Shown: piece by piece, positions 38,346 to 50,008 of the stretch
Layout of the letters: each line of letters begins with the position of its first letter
Position numbering within the stretch: the first letter of the stretch is position 1
From: Podarcis muralis
Lineage: Eukaryota
DNA length: 64,000 bases
NCBI RefSeq assembly: GCF_964188315.1
Contig: NC_135665.1
Coordinates: forward strand, 27,404,001-27,468,000
Direction: 5' to 3'
Notes under the pieces: model-generated
What the model saw: the letters and a program-made list of their open reading frames with translations, nothing else
The model's database searches: none
What the model was told of the DNA's origin: nothing
Program-made: the position numbers and the translations under genes

Positions 38346-39554
38346 CACATCCCTCCAGATGCCGATCAGATCTCGTTAGCATCAGTTAACCAGCAGACCT
38401 AGTTAGCATCAGCAAAGTGGAGATTTCATGTGCTTTTAGACCAACTTCAAAGGGTCTGAGACTTAGAACACTGTTCAGGAGATACTCCCCAACTCTTAGG
38501 AAGGGTTTTTGTTTTTTAGAGGAGGGCATGTGGCAAGCTGTGAGGGAGAAGAGAGAGAGAGAGAGAGATCAGTTGCACAAGATGCTTTCCACTCACATTC
38601 ATACTCATGAGTTTGTGAATTTTACACTTGCCTTTGGGAATTTTGTATGTAATTCATAGGATCATATTTTGGTGTGTTCACATATTCCATTCAAGCCGCA
38701 TCAAACAGATGATAAAGCATAGAACCTCCCTTGCTTGGTTGTGATGTAACAGGAGACTCACGTTCCATGAGGACAGTTTCTCTCACATTTAAATTATCTA
38801 GTGGTATCTGACATTTATAACATGGTAAATAAGCTTGGCCTTTGTTTCACAATATTGCCAGAACAATTCTGGTGCCTTCTGTACTTGGTAAGCAGAGAAC
38901 TTGTTAAGAACAAATCCATCTTTTCGATCTGACATCGCTAGAAACCACTTCTATGAGGAACATTTCCCTGTAATGGCTGTGAAACAACTCCTGATCCTCT
39001 AGTTTATTATCAGTTGAAATACAAACTTACGACAACAAGAAAAAGAACAGAAACCTATGTCAGCAGATATAAGAAAGCTTCTACTCTCTGCCTTTACAGG
39101 GTATACTACTTGTCACAAAAATCAGAAGCAATCAAGGCCAAATGTCCACTTCAGGCTTTCTAAATGCTGCCATATCGACTCCTTCTGGATATTATATATT
39201 TCAAGAGCTTATTCTGGTTCCATGACCTACAGCTACTGTCACAAGATATGCTCACTCAGTGAACCCTTGAGGGCTCCCTGATAGCATTGCCAATGGAGAA
39301 AGGAAACAACGGGCACACTTTTTGGCCTCTGAGCTACTGGCAGACTACAGAATTTGTCCGTGTGCAGCAGATTATAGCTCAGAAGCAGTGGTAACAAAAT
39401 TCATACACGTTCCCATGTGCTCTACTTCCCTCACTTATTCTTATTGTTCTTACTTCCCTTTTGACTTTCACAAAAGGGTTAGCCATTCCATATACAGGGG
39501 CATACAGGCATATATACTGCACATGTGTACAGGCTCTGCCTGCAGTATCTATAC

Positions 39555-39692
39555 CAGGGATGAGGAATCTGTGCCCTCCAGATGTTGCGGGACTCCAACT
39601 TCCATCATCCATGACTATCAGCCAGGCTGGCTTGGAACCAATGGGAGCTGGAGTTTAACTGCATCTAGAGATCCACAAGTCCTCCAGCCCAG
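39555..39692. mobile_element. Palindromic ~135-bp MITE (hAT-like)
   Basis: Long inverted arms; flanks ATCTATAC / CTCTACAC (6/8 TSD match). Confidence 0.6.
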
Positions 39693-39971
39693 CTCTACAC
39701 ACTCCCATTTTCAGATCACATATCCATAACTTAGGCATATTGGTTGTGCATGGAGATGCTCCTTTGAAAACAGAAGCTTGAACAAACAGAAGCTTGCTGC
39801 CTTGGGTTCCTTTAGGAGGAAGTGAGGGATATACATTCAATCCATTTAATAAATAAATAAAACTTGTGGAGGTTGTATATAGCAATAGGGAGAGCACCCC
39901 CCAAATTTAGCGCTTCCACACATGTTAGTCCTAAGAGTGAAGGCAAGCCAGGGTCACAGCATGAGTTACAC

Positions 39972-40599
39972 CAGGGGTAGGCAACCTAAGGCCCATGGGC
40001 CGGACGCGGCCCAATCGCCTTCTCAATCTGGCCCGCGGATGGTCCAGCAATCAGCGTGTTTTTACATGAGTAGAATGTGTCCTTTTATTTAAAATGCATC
40101 TCTGGATTATTTGTGGGGCCTGCCTGGTGTTTTTGAGGGACGCGGGTGGCGCTGTGGGTAAAAGCCTCAGCGCCTAGGGCTTGCCGATCGAAAGGTCGGC
40201 GGTTCGAATCCCCGCGGCGGGGTGCGCTCCTGTTGTTCGGTCCCAGCGCCTGCCAACCTAGCAGTTCGAAAGCACCCCTGGGTGCAAGTAGATAAATAGG
40301 GACCGCTTACTAGCGGGAAGGTAAACGGCATTTCCGTGTGCTGCGCTGGCTCGCCAGAGCAGCGATGTCACGCTGGCCACGTGACCCGGAAGTGTCTCCG
40401 GACAGCGCTGGCTCCCGGCCTCTTGAGTGAGATGGGCGCACAACCCTAGAGTCTGTCAAGACTGGCCCGTACGGGCAGGGGTACCTTTACCTTTACCTTT
40501 TACCTGGTGTTTTTACACAAGTAGAATGTGTGATTTTATTTAAAATGCATCTCTGGGTTATTTGTGGGGCATAGGAATTAGTTCATTATTTTTTTATTG
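39972..40599. mobile_element. hAT-type MITE, right arm deleted, interrupted by a Sauria SINE
   Basis: Left TIR CAGGGGTAGGCAACC; body homologous to 23497-23749; 8-bp TSD AGTTACAC (39964-39971, 40600-40607). Confidence 0.82.
40137..40502 (+). mobile_element. Sauria SINE (full length) nested in a hAT MITE
   Basis: Head GGGACGCGGGTGGCGC, (ACCTTT)n tail; 12-bp TSD CCTGGTGTTTTT (40123-40134, 40503-40514). Confidence 0.95.
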
Positions 40600-41671
40600 A
40601 GTTACACTAATACCAAGCACAGAGTTTTCCCTTCCCTTACTCAAATGAATGGGGGGTATAGAATTGTATTCAGCAAGAAACACAAGAAGATGCAACTGTC
40701 TGTTTGGAACAGTTTTCAAGCAAATCTTTTTCCTCCGGGTGAACCGACAAGTTAAAATTAAAATGTCAGCAAAAAACCCCAAACCCTTATTTCTTTAAGT
40801 AAGTGTAAAAACAACAGCAGCAGCAGCAACAAAGAAAGAGTTCTGCTTTGGCACAGGGATTTTGCATATCTGTACAATTTATTTTCAATCAGTTCTATAT
40901 TTATGAAATATTTTTTTAAAGGCATACAAATGCAACTATTTATATTCTGTCCTGTGCTCTTGCATATATACAAAATCTCAATTGGGTAGGAAGACTAAGG
41001 GGCAGTTTAATAATCTAGTTTTCCACTGTGATACTATATTACAATCCATAAAGAAAGAATATTATTATTATTATTATTATGGTGTGTGCATACATTGATA
41101 TATAACTAATTATGTGCACTGTTAGAGCCTGTCTCAGCTTGTGTTCCTGTAGCAAATTGTAATTGTTCAAGTTGCTGGAACAAAGCTCTGGAGTCTAGGT
41201 AATACAATTCATTAATGTACCGGCTGCCATCTTAGAAGTAACGTATTTACATCAGTTTGCTTACACTTGCTGAACCAACAAATAAAGACTTTGTGTGGAG
41301 TGAATCAGCAAGTACTCTAATTGTGTAACTCTGGATGAAGCTGAGAAGAAAGGTATCTTGGCTCCATGCACTGGCCAACAGAAACATCGCCTCTAATGCA
41401 GCAAACTATGTGCCATTGTGCAGAAGATCTGCCCCTAACCGGAGTAGTAACTTGACCATATGAAGTTCTCTGTTGAAGTTACTTTTAAAATGCCATTTAC
41501 AAAGTAACAGAAGCTTATTGCATAACTGTAATTGATGGAGATAAGTGTGGGCCATCACAATCACCAACTGCTGCAATTCCAAATATTCATTTCAAAAGAA
41601 GAATAAGAACTATTTATTTAGAAGAAGAGTGACTAGATAAGAGTGACTAAATAAGAACTATTTGTTTAGAG

Positions 41672-42973
41672 AAGAGTGACTACTGGGGTGCCACAGGGTT
41701 CTGTCTTGGGCCCGGTCTTATTCAACATCTTTATCAACGACTTGGATGATGGACTCAAGGGCATCCTGATCAAATTTGCAGATGACACCAAACTGGGAGG
41801 GGTGGCTAACACTCCAGAGGACAGGATCACACTTCAAAACGACCTTGACAGATTAGAGAACTGGGCAAAAACAAACAAGATGAACTTTAACAGGGAGAAA
41901 TGTAAAGTATTGCACTTGGGCAAAAAAAAAATGAGAGGCACATATACAAGATGGGTGACACCTGGCTTGAGAGCAGTACATGTGAAAAGGATCTAGGAGT
42001 CTTGGTTGACCACAAACTTGACATGAGCCAACAGTGTGACGCGGCAGCTAAAAAAGCCAATGCAATTCTGGGCTGCATCAATAGGAGTATAGCATCTAGA
42101 TCAAGGGAAGTAATAGTGCCACTGTATTCTGCTCTGGTCAGACCTCACCTGGAGTACTGTGTCCTGTTCTGGGCACCACAGTTCAAGAAGGACACTGACA
42201 AACTGGAACGTGTCCAGAGGAGGGCAACCAAAATGGTCAAAGGCCTGGAAACGATGCCTTATGAGGAATGGCTAAGGGAGCTGGGCATGTTTAGCCTGGA
42301 GAAGAGGAGGTTAAGGGGTGATATGATAGCCATTCTTAAGGAAATCAGACCTGAGTGCTCACTGGAAGGACAGATCGTGAAGTTGAGGCTCCAATACTTT
42401 GGCCACCTCATGAGAAGAGAAGACTCCCTGGAAAAGACCCTGATGTTGGGAAAGATGGAGGGCACAAGGAGAAGGGGACGACAGAGGATGAGATGGTTGG
42501 ATAGTGTTCTTGAAGCTACCAACATGAGCCTGACCAAACTGCGAGAGGTGGTGGAAGACAGGAGTGCCTGGCGTGCTCTGGTCCATGGGGTCACGAAGAG
42601 TCGGACACGACTAAACGACTAAACAACAACAACAACAAATGATAGCCATGTTCAAATATATAAAAGGATGTCATATAGAGGAGAGAGAAAGGTTGTTTTC
42701 TGCTGCTCCAGAGAAGCGGACACGGAGCAATGGATCCAAACTACAAGAAAGAAGATTCCACCTAAACATCAGGAAGAACTTCCTGACAGTAAGAGCTGTT
42801 CGACAGTGGAATTTGCTGCCAAGGAGTGTGGTGGAGTCTCCTTCTTTGGAGGTCTTTAAGTAGAGGCTTGACAACCATATGTCAGGAGTGCTCTGGTGGT
42901 GTTTCCTGCTTGGCTGTGGGTTGGACTTGATGGCCCTTGTGGTCTATTCCAACTCTATGATTCTATGATTCTA
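41672..42973 (+). mobile_element. CR1 LINE, 5'-truncated (reverse transcriptase C-terminal half plus 3' UTR), interrupted by Bov-B
   Basis: [21 protein letters not shown]...[10 protein letters not shown] reverse-transcriptase motifs (41676-41996); frameshift at the A10 run 41922-41931; [16 protein letters not shown]; FHLNIRKNFLTVRAVRQWN; (TTCTATGA)n tail. Confidence 0.96.
42334..42638 (+). mobile_element. Bov-B LINE 3' fragment nested in CR1
   Basis: [35 protein letters not shown]...; (AAC)n tail; 11-bp TSD ATGATAGCCAT (42323-42333, 42639-42649). Confidence 0.96.
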
Positions 42974-43093
42974 TTTCAAGTAGGTTTACTAATTTGGCAA
43001 AGGCCATAGGCGAGGATAATCATATCTCCCCAACATATAAAGTTGCAGGCTTCACAAATCTGGAGGTTTTGGACTTCAACTCCCCTCAGCAGA

Positions 43094-43182
43094 TTTTAAC
43101 TGTTTTTACTTTGTATTTTTCTTTTTTCTTTTTCTTATTTTTGCAAAATGTTGAAATTTCAGTAAATATCTTTTTTAAAAAA
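43094..43182 (+). mobile_element. Very short retroposed insert (probable L1-type 3' end)
   Basis: T-rich segment ending AGTAAATATCTTTTTTAAAAA between perfect 16-bp direct repeats AACTCCCCTCAGCAGA (43078-43093, 43183-43198). Confidence 0.6.
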
Positions 43183-43971
43183 AACTCCCCTCAGCAGAGA
43201 CAGATAGGGGTGCGTGACTACGTCGGTGACATTAGGCATAGAGCCTCAGGGGTTGGCGCAACCAGTGCTTTTTTTGGAAAACATGCAAATGAATAAGCAT
43301 TTGATGGGACAAGATTAAAAATGAACGTGACTCTCCAGTGGGGGGATCCTGACAACTAAAAATGTAATTTCCTTAACTTCTGTTATCTCTTTCAATAGCT
43401 GCTCCAGCACCAACCACTTTCATGACCTGCACTTGACTCATTATAACAAGATTTAGCACAGCCATGTGCTTCTTGTTTGCGTTCAGCAGATAATACCAAA
43501 AGGAAATAGACTATAAAAAACATTTGTCCTGCCCTCCTACACACTGTAAATTTATAATAGCATAGTGGAAAGGGATCTTGCTAATAAAGCCAACCTTTGA
43601 GATCCCAGGAGAGGCCCTCTCATCCAAAAGGCTAGGTATGCTGAAAATGTTCCAGTTAGCAAACAAAAAAAATATTGTAGCATGGAGTGCATTGTTTTTA
43701 TATATAAAGAGATGTCAAGGGTTCCAGACAACTATGCCTTCATTCAGGATACCATTCCATTCCTTTCTCTTCCCCTAGTTTTCCCAACCTCCCAAAAGTT
43801 GCAGAGAATCCCTGGCACAGAGCTCTATAATGAGCCCACAGAAGTTTTGGCAGTAATTGATAATAGAAAAGCAATAGGTAAAATTAAGTCCACAATGGTG
43901 GCTCAGGGAGTGGAACAAAGACTGTTTACTGCATGGTCAATCTATTCACAGCTTTTGCGGTCTTCAGAATG

Positions 43972-44214
43972 GAAGAAGAAGAAGAGTTTGTATTTGATAT
44001 CCCGCTTTATCACTACCCTAAGGAGTCTCAAAGCGGCTAACATTCTCCTTTCCCTTCCTCCCCCACAACAAACACTCTGTGAGGTGAGTGAGGCTGAGAG
44101 ACTTCAAAGAAGTGTGACTAGCCCAAGCAGCTGCATGTGGAGGAGCGGAGACACGAACCCGGTTCACCAGATTACGAGTCCACCGCTCTTAACCACTACA
44201 CCATACTGGCTCCC
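43972..44214 (-). mobile_element. Squam3-like (Ther1/MIR-derived) SINE
   Basis: Minus strand GGGAGCCAGTATGGTGTAGTGGTTAAGAGCGGTGGACTCGTAATCTGGTGAACCGGGTTCG head, MIR-like core, (CTT)n tail. Confidence 0.88.
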
Positions 44215-44624
44215 ATGTGTGGATGCAAGACCTCTTGGGGAGTTCCTTAGAAAATCGGATGAAATAATAGAATTGAAGGGACTCGGGGGGGGGGGTAATC
44301 TAGAAGTGTCATAATGCTAAATATGTACCTTTCAGCTTCATCCAGCACTTTTGGTGCTTATTCAGTGATCTCACTGGAACAGTTTGCACTTTGAAGCAAA
44401 ACTGTATGCTTAAGAGATATTTTAAATCAGGAGCAGGGAACCAGCAACCCACAGGCCATATCCAGCCTTCAAACCCTTTGGACCAACCTGCCAGCATCCT
44501 TAATGGTAATCCCATCTGGATTGCAAAAGTAGCAGCTTCTTGAACTGCAACTTTGAGTGGTAGCTGAAAGGCAATGTGGGTAGAGCACTGTGAGCTTCAG
44601 AGGTGAAAGGTTAAAAACAACAAT

Positions 44625-44812
44625 TTGCTGTTGTCGTTTAGTTGTTTAGTCGTGTCCAACCCTTCGTGACCCCATGGACCAGAGCATGCCAGGCACTCCT
44701 GTTTTCCACTGCCTCCTGCAGTTTCATCAAATTCATGTTGGTAGTTTTGAGAACATTATCCAACCATTCCATCCTCTGTCGTCCCCTTCTCCTTGTGCTC
44801 TCAGTCTTTCCC
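44625..44812 (-). mobile_element. Bov-B LINE short 3' fragment (older)
   Basis: [22 protein letters not shown]...[16 protein letters not shown]; possible 9-bp TSD AACAACAAT (44616-44624, 44813-44821). Confidence 0.88.
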
Positions 44813-45161
44813 AACAACAATAGAATGGTCCAATTAGTGAAAGCCAAGGCTTATTTTCAATGTTATGAAAAAGGATTAAGTCAGGGTTTTCAGGTTCTGG
44901 GGAAAAGCTGGTGACGCCATGTAAGATATTAACTTCCTCCCCCTCCCCTCCCCCATGTTATGTAGTGGGACATAAACAATCTGCTAATATATTTCACAAC
45001 ATATAAAATCAATTGCTGTCATTAGGGTGGTGTACCAATGTAAATAGTATCAAATAGCTTCATTGCCATGCTCTTTATGGAATGGTGATGACTTCCATAA
45101 CAGTGTTATCCCATTCTATCATTCTAAATGCTAAATGGACTATTTCGGGGGGGGGGGGAGA

Positions 45162-45162
45162 G

Positions 45163-45221
<59 letters not shown>

Positions 45222-45222
45222 A
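45162..45222. repeat. (AAAG)n microsatellite
   Basis: About 15 perfect units next to a G-run. Confidence 0.97.
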
Positions 45223-45862
45223 ACTACCATTTTAAAACAAAGTGTGAGCTTAAAAACCAATGTCATTTTTCTTTCATGTTGTCTCTTATTGAGCTGATCC
45301 AGAAGAAAAGGAACAAGACAGCATTATAGCACAGTGAAATTTTATCACATCCAGCACCTTCCTCAACCTCTCATTCAACCTTGCCCACACATGCAGATGG
45401 AAACAGAGTTATATTCTAGCTTCTCCTATCTTCTTTTTTGAAGCCATTCCTCTTACCTGCAGCTGTCACTTCCCCTAATCCCCCTGGATATCAGTGTACA
45501 TACCTCACTTACCTCTGATCAGCACAAACAGACACCCTAATCGAATGCACAAGGACATGGGGACTCTGAAATATGAAAGCGATCAGCCACCTGGGAATAA
45601 AATCTCACCATCACGTTCCGCTTTATGATGATCAGTCTTACAATCTGAAAGTCACATTCAGAACATTATTTATTATACCTTTCCTTAGCATGTATTACTA
45701 AAGCTTCAGAGGTGAACTCAAAGGCTTTTAACCCACCACATCCCCTACTCAAGATTCTTCCTCTCCTGTGACAATGGGGGGGGGGGAATCTCTATGGCTC
45801 TCAGAAAAGAATACAGACAACTGGGCATAACTTCATTTCAATAGAGAATCAGTGGTCTACTA

Positions 45863-46000
45863 CAGGGATGGGGAACCTCCAGCCCTCCAAATGCTTTGGT
45901 ACTCCAACTCCTATCATCCCTCATTATGGACCATGCTGGCTGAGATGGATGGGAGCTGTGATCCAGCAGCATTTAGAAGGCCAAAAGTTCTCCACTTCTG
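45863..46000. mobile_element. Palindromic ~135-bp MITE family copy
   Basis: CAGGGATGGGGAACC left end; ACTCCAACTCCTATCATCC / GGATGGGAGCTGT inverted arms. Confidence 0.6.
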
Positions 46001-46230
46001 ACTTTCCCATTGTACACAAGACACAGACCATTCTTGCATCCATTCAACTCATCACTGAAGTCTGCATTAGTCAGTATTGACATTTCTTTGTTAAGAAAAT
46101 GGTCCTCTTTTCCTGCACTAAGAACTAGAAGTCTAAGCTGTTTCAAAAAACAAAGAGCCTGAGGCAGCTTAAATACTGCAAATATATGGTGCCATGAGTT
46201 TTCATGGGCAAGAGAACAAAAAACAACAAC

Positions 46231-46749
46231 TGGGAAATGATCCATAATAAATTGAAAAACGTGTTTAAAAGTACTCCCCCCCCAATAAAAACCAGAGTCC
46301 TTTCTGTTGGGGATAGTTCAGACTCAAATTCCCAGGTGTCAAAAAAGGTTGTTTATGTATGCCACTACTGCAGCCCGTGTTTGTTAGCCCAAAAATGGAA
46401 AAAGATGAGGTCCTAACTAAAGAAGAATGGTAACTTAATTTGACAGAATATGCACAACTTGCAGAATTAACATATAGAAAAAGAGAACAAGAAGAACATA
46501 CTTTTATAGAAGAGTGGAAAACGTTTTTTGAATATATGGGAAACAATTGTGTGCAGCTGAAAACGCTGGCAGCATTAAGATAAATTCAACACTGTAAACA
46601 AGTTTTGATGGATGCAATCATGGAATACTGAATGGTATAGTTTTTGTAAAATATGCAGGGATTTATGATATGTAAAATGAACCATGGAAAGAGAAGAAGG
46701 GAAGTCATTGATATCTTAAGGATGTAAAATGAGTAAATTTAATAAAAAG
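46231..46749 (+). mobile_element. L1-clade LINE 3' fragment
   Basis: Frameshifted ORF2 C-terminus (ESFLLGIVQ...MYATTAAR...AQKWK), A-rich strand, then a 3' UTR ending AATAAAAA. Confidence 0.72.
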
Positions 46750-47139
46750 TATATACGAGAGAGAACAAAAAACTGGACTGTGGGGGTATTGGATAAATAG
46801 GCAGGTTCAAATAGACCAGGGGGGGGGGTAGATAAGGATCTGTTTAGCAAGACAACATTTAATGAACTATGCCCCCAAAGCAGAAATGCCAAATATTGGA
46901 TAGCCAACTGAAGACAACCAATTTAATCACTTGGAATCTGCAGACTCACAGCTTGAGGTGCAGCACACCCAACAAATGAAGCAGGAGTTAGGAACATCTC
47001 ACCCCCCCCCCCCAGATGTTATTGGACGATAGCTCACATCTCCTTGTGCATTGGCTGGGCTATTGGGAATTGAAGTCCAACAAGGTTCTCCATCCCTGAT
47101 ATGTAAAGGGTTGTGTTTAGCCTCCACAACTACAAGACG

Positions 47140-47310
47140 TTTGCTTGTTGCACATTTACCACATGCTCCAAATTCCTCAAAGCAGTGTTGGTCTGAACAA
47201 ACCTATAAAGTAAGCTAGGCTGAGAGGTGGTGACTAATCCAAAGTCACTCAGTAAGATTCTTGCTTGAGCAGATATTTGAACCCAGGTCTCTCTGATCCA
47301 ACTTGAGACA
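47140..47310 (-). mobile_element. MIR/Ther1-like SINE remnant
   Basis: GCTAGGCTGAGAG...GTGACT..CCAAAGTCAC...ATTTGAACCCAGGTCTC pattern. Confidence 0.5.
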
Positions 47311-48510
47311 AACCATCAGTGCACTTGGTGGGGCTCAGCTCAGCCTTTAACTTCATACCAAAAAGTAGATTTTGTTAGCATGCATCCTATCACATTTTAC
47401 TCCTATGGCTCATTCATTTTATAGTTCAATTTCGGAAATGACTTTCTCCTCCAAAGACAGCCAGTCGTTGCTTTGCAATGGAGATTTCATTTGTCCTACT
47501 GAAAAACTGATAGACCATCATAAAATAGGTAGAATGGTATGTGGATTTGTTTTCAATGATTAAACACCCACTCACCTTTCATTTTGAATTGCAGTATTTA
47601 AACCTCTCTCTATCTTTGTGTGTGTGTGTATGTAAGCATCTATTCCTCAGAAATATATAGCCTTATTTATCTCATGTTGCCTTGTGATTTTAGCACTCCA
47701 CTCAGAGCAACTGTTGAGTGTCCTCTATTTGTAGAAAAAAAGGGGGGTGAAAGCTTCTTCAGGACCTGTTGTTTTACCATTTTGGCATACTGTTTTGTTC
47801 ATGGTGAAACAATCATTTGAGTAAAAATGCTAAGTATTTTTCCAGCTTAGCTTAACACAGGCTCATCAGCAATAGATGTGCTTATGGTAAATCACATCAA
47901 AGATTGCATTGCCACAAGCAGAAGTAATGGCACAAGGGAATCACAATATATCACTTTCCAAAATGCCGGTGTGCATTGGTCTCAGCTCAGTTCATGTATT
48001 AACTTGGTGCTGTGACTGCTGCCAAAAGTATATATTCAAAGCTCTTTCACATGCAAGTGACAAATTCATGGGTCCCTCAGACTGCACGGTCAGTTCCAAT
48101 GTGGTTTCAGGTGAAAACTCATTTCTGGCAAGGACAGTATTCACACATTCTAGGTGACCACACATAGTTGGAAGTCCAACTATGTGGAAATGGGTTTGGC
48201 CTTCAGGGACTACCACCTTCTCATGGTCATGTATGCATGAGAAGGGTTGTTTAATGTTTTTCCAAAGGTGATGTAAGAGGGTGATGGTTGGTAAACAAAT
48301 GTGGGAGCTGGAACTAAGCCAGCAATTATTTATTTATTTATTTATTTACTCATTCATGAGAGTATGTCATTTACATTTCATGTGTTTCCAGGGTGTTACA
48401 CTATTATGTAACAATAGTAAATGTGCAGTTGTTGAGTTTCAGCCAGTAGACCCAATGAACTCAGTTGATTTTGATGAGTGTACTCTAAGCATGGCTTAAC
48501 TGGATACAGA

Positions 48511-48688
48511 AACATAGGAAGCCATCAGACCAATGGTGTATCTGGCTGAGTATTGTCTACTCTACACTGATTGGCAATGACTTGCCAGGGTTTCAGGCAG
48601 GAGATCTGCCAGTCCTACCTGAAGATGCCACGGATTGAACCTGGACCTTCTGTATACATAGCAGATGCTCTACCACTGAGCAATGACC
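48511..48688 (-). mobile_element. tRNA(Ala-like)-derived SINE with CR1-like tail (Squam2-like)
   Basis: Minus strand CTCAGTGGTAGAGCATCTGC...GAAGGTCCAGGTTCAATCC head; tail CCATTGGTCTGATGGCTTCCTATGTT. Confidence 0.72.
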
Positions 48689-48689
48689 T

Positions 48690-48800
48690 TTCATCATCAT
48701 CATCATCATCATCATCATACCCCACCCATCTGGCTGGGTTTCCCCAGTCACTCTGAGTAGCTTGCAACACATATAAAAACATAGTAAGACGTCAAACATA
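48690..48800 (-). mobile_element. L2 3' end with (TGA)n tail
   Basis: ATACCCCACCCATCTGGCTGGGTTTCCCCAG near-identical to 31339 and 34619; (TCA)n at 48690-48718. Confidence 0.75.
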
Positions 48801-48946
48801 CCATCATACTAATACCATGTTGCTGTAGTATTAGCATTCATGGCACTTTACAGAGCATTTCACAAAGGCCAGGTCTCTGCCATGAGAAATTTACAAGTTA
48901 GAATTCAACCCAAGAGAAACATCAGAGGGAGGAGAGATAAGAATGG

Positions 48947-49162
48947 AGATTCCAACTAAACATGAGGAAGAACTTTCTGAAAATAATAGCTGTTCAACAG
49001 TGGAACAGACTCTCTCAAGTGGTGGTGGACTCTCCTTCCTTGGAGGTTTCTAAGCAGAGGTTGGGTGGCCATCTGTCATGGATGATCTAGTTGAGATTCC
49101 TGCATTGCAGGGAGTCAGACTAGATGATTCTTTGAGTCCCTTCCAACTCTACAGTCCTATGT
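48947..49162 (+). mobile_element. CR1 LINE 3' fragment
   Basis: RFQLNMRKNFL-type ORF2 end, then GTCCCTTCCAACTCTAC 3' UTR; similar to 42750-42973. Confidence 0.82.
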
Positions 49163-50008
49163 TTATATGAGAGTAGAAGTAGGGGCAAGCAATGATAGAA
49201 TATGATATTACTTCAAATCCACATGTTTAGGCTTAGTTACAGGGTTAGTTACAGTTGGGCATGGGAACTAGAGTGCTGAACCAATGGCTTTATGGAAACT
49301 AGGGGGGAAGTTGGTGGGATTTAAGAGTGATGCCACAGATAGTATGGAACCACAGTCTTTCACTTCTTCCCAGCCCATGGGATGACTTATCTTTCCCCTG
49401 CTCATTAACGTTTCTGATTAGTCATTCAGTTTAACGAACAAAGGAGTTTAATTCTGCAAATTCCCAGCTGGGTTTCAGTAGAAACTGGTGCATGTCAAAA
49501 CTATACAATCAGTCAAATAGAATACTGCTCTAGAAATTAGCATCTTCAGTCTGAAAGTTCACTGTGTAAGTGTTGGCAGTGGTTACAGCAGAGCCATAAT
49601 TTTGCATTTTCAACCTAATGCACATTTTAATTCTAAAATACTGTGACATTACATTAAGGTAGAGTTTTCTGAACTGCTCCATAGATTTTCAAAGCAGTCC
49701 AGATCATCATTATTACTGTATTATATACTTGTCCTTTCTGCCAAGTTTGTATGATAAAATTTCCTAGTACTACAATTTTGTTTTAAAGAGCACTTCAGCT
49801 AATATCTAGGCCACTTATGATGCCTGGTAATGTACATTTGCATGCCAATGTGCTATAAATAAGGCCCAATCCTTATTAAGTATAGTCTGTTTAAGTAACT
49901 GATATTTAATGGCATATATTCACGAAAGTGGTCACAAACCACTAAGGGTGCAACAAAAAAACAAAAAAAACCTCTCACCACTATTTGCTTAGGTGTACAT
50001 TAAAGAAA

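Noticed and set aside
41676-42622. Reverse transcriptase ORFs as a cellular gene or an active autonomous element
   Set aside because: 5'-truncated CR1 with a frameshift and a nested Bov-B; no endonuclease domain or ORF1
43682-44314. 210-aa plus-strand ORF as a host gene
   Set aside because: It runs through unique DNA and the antisense strand of a Squam3-like SINE; no domain or splice context
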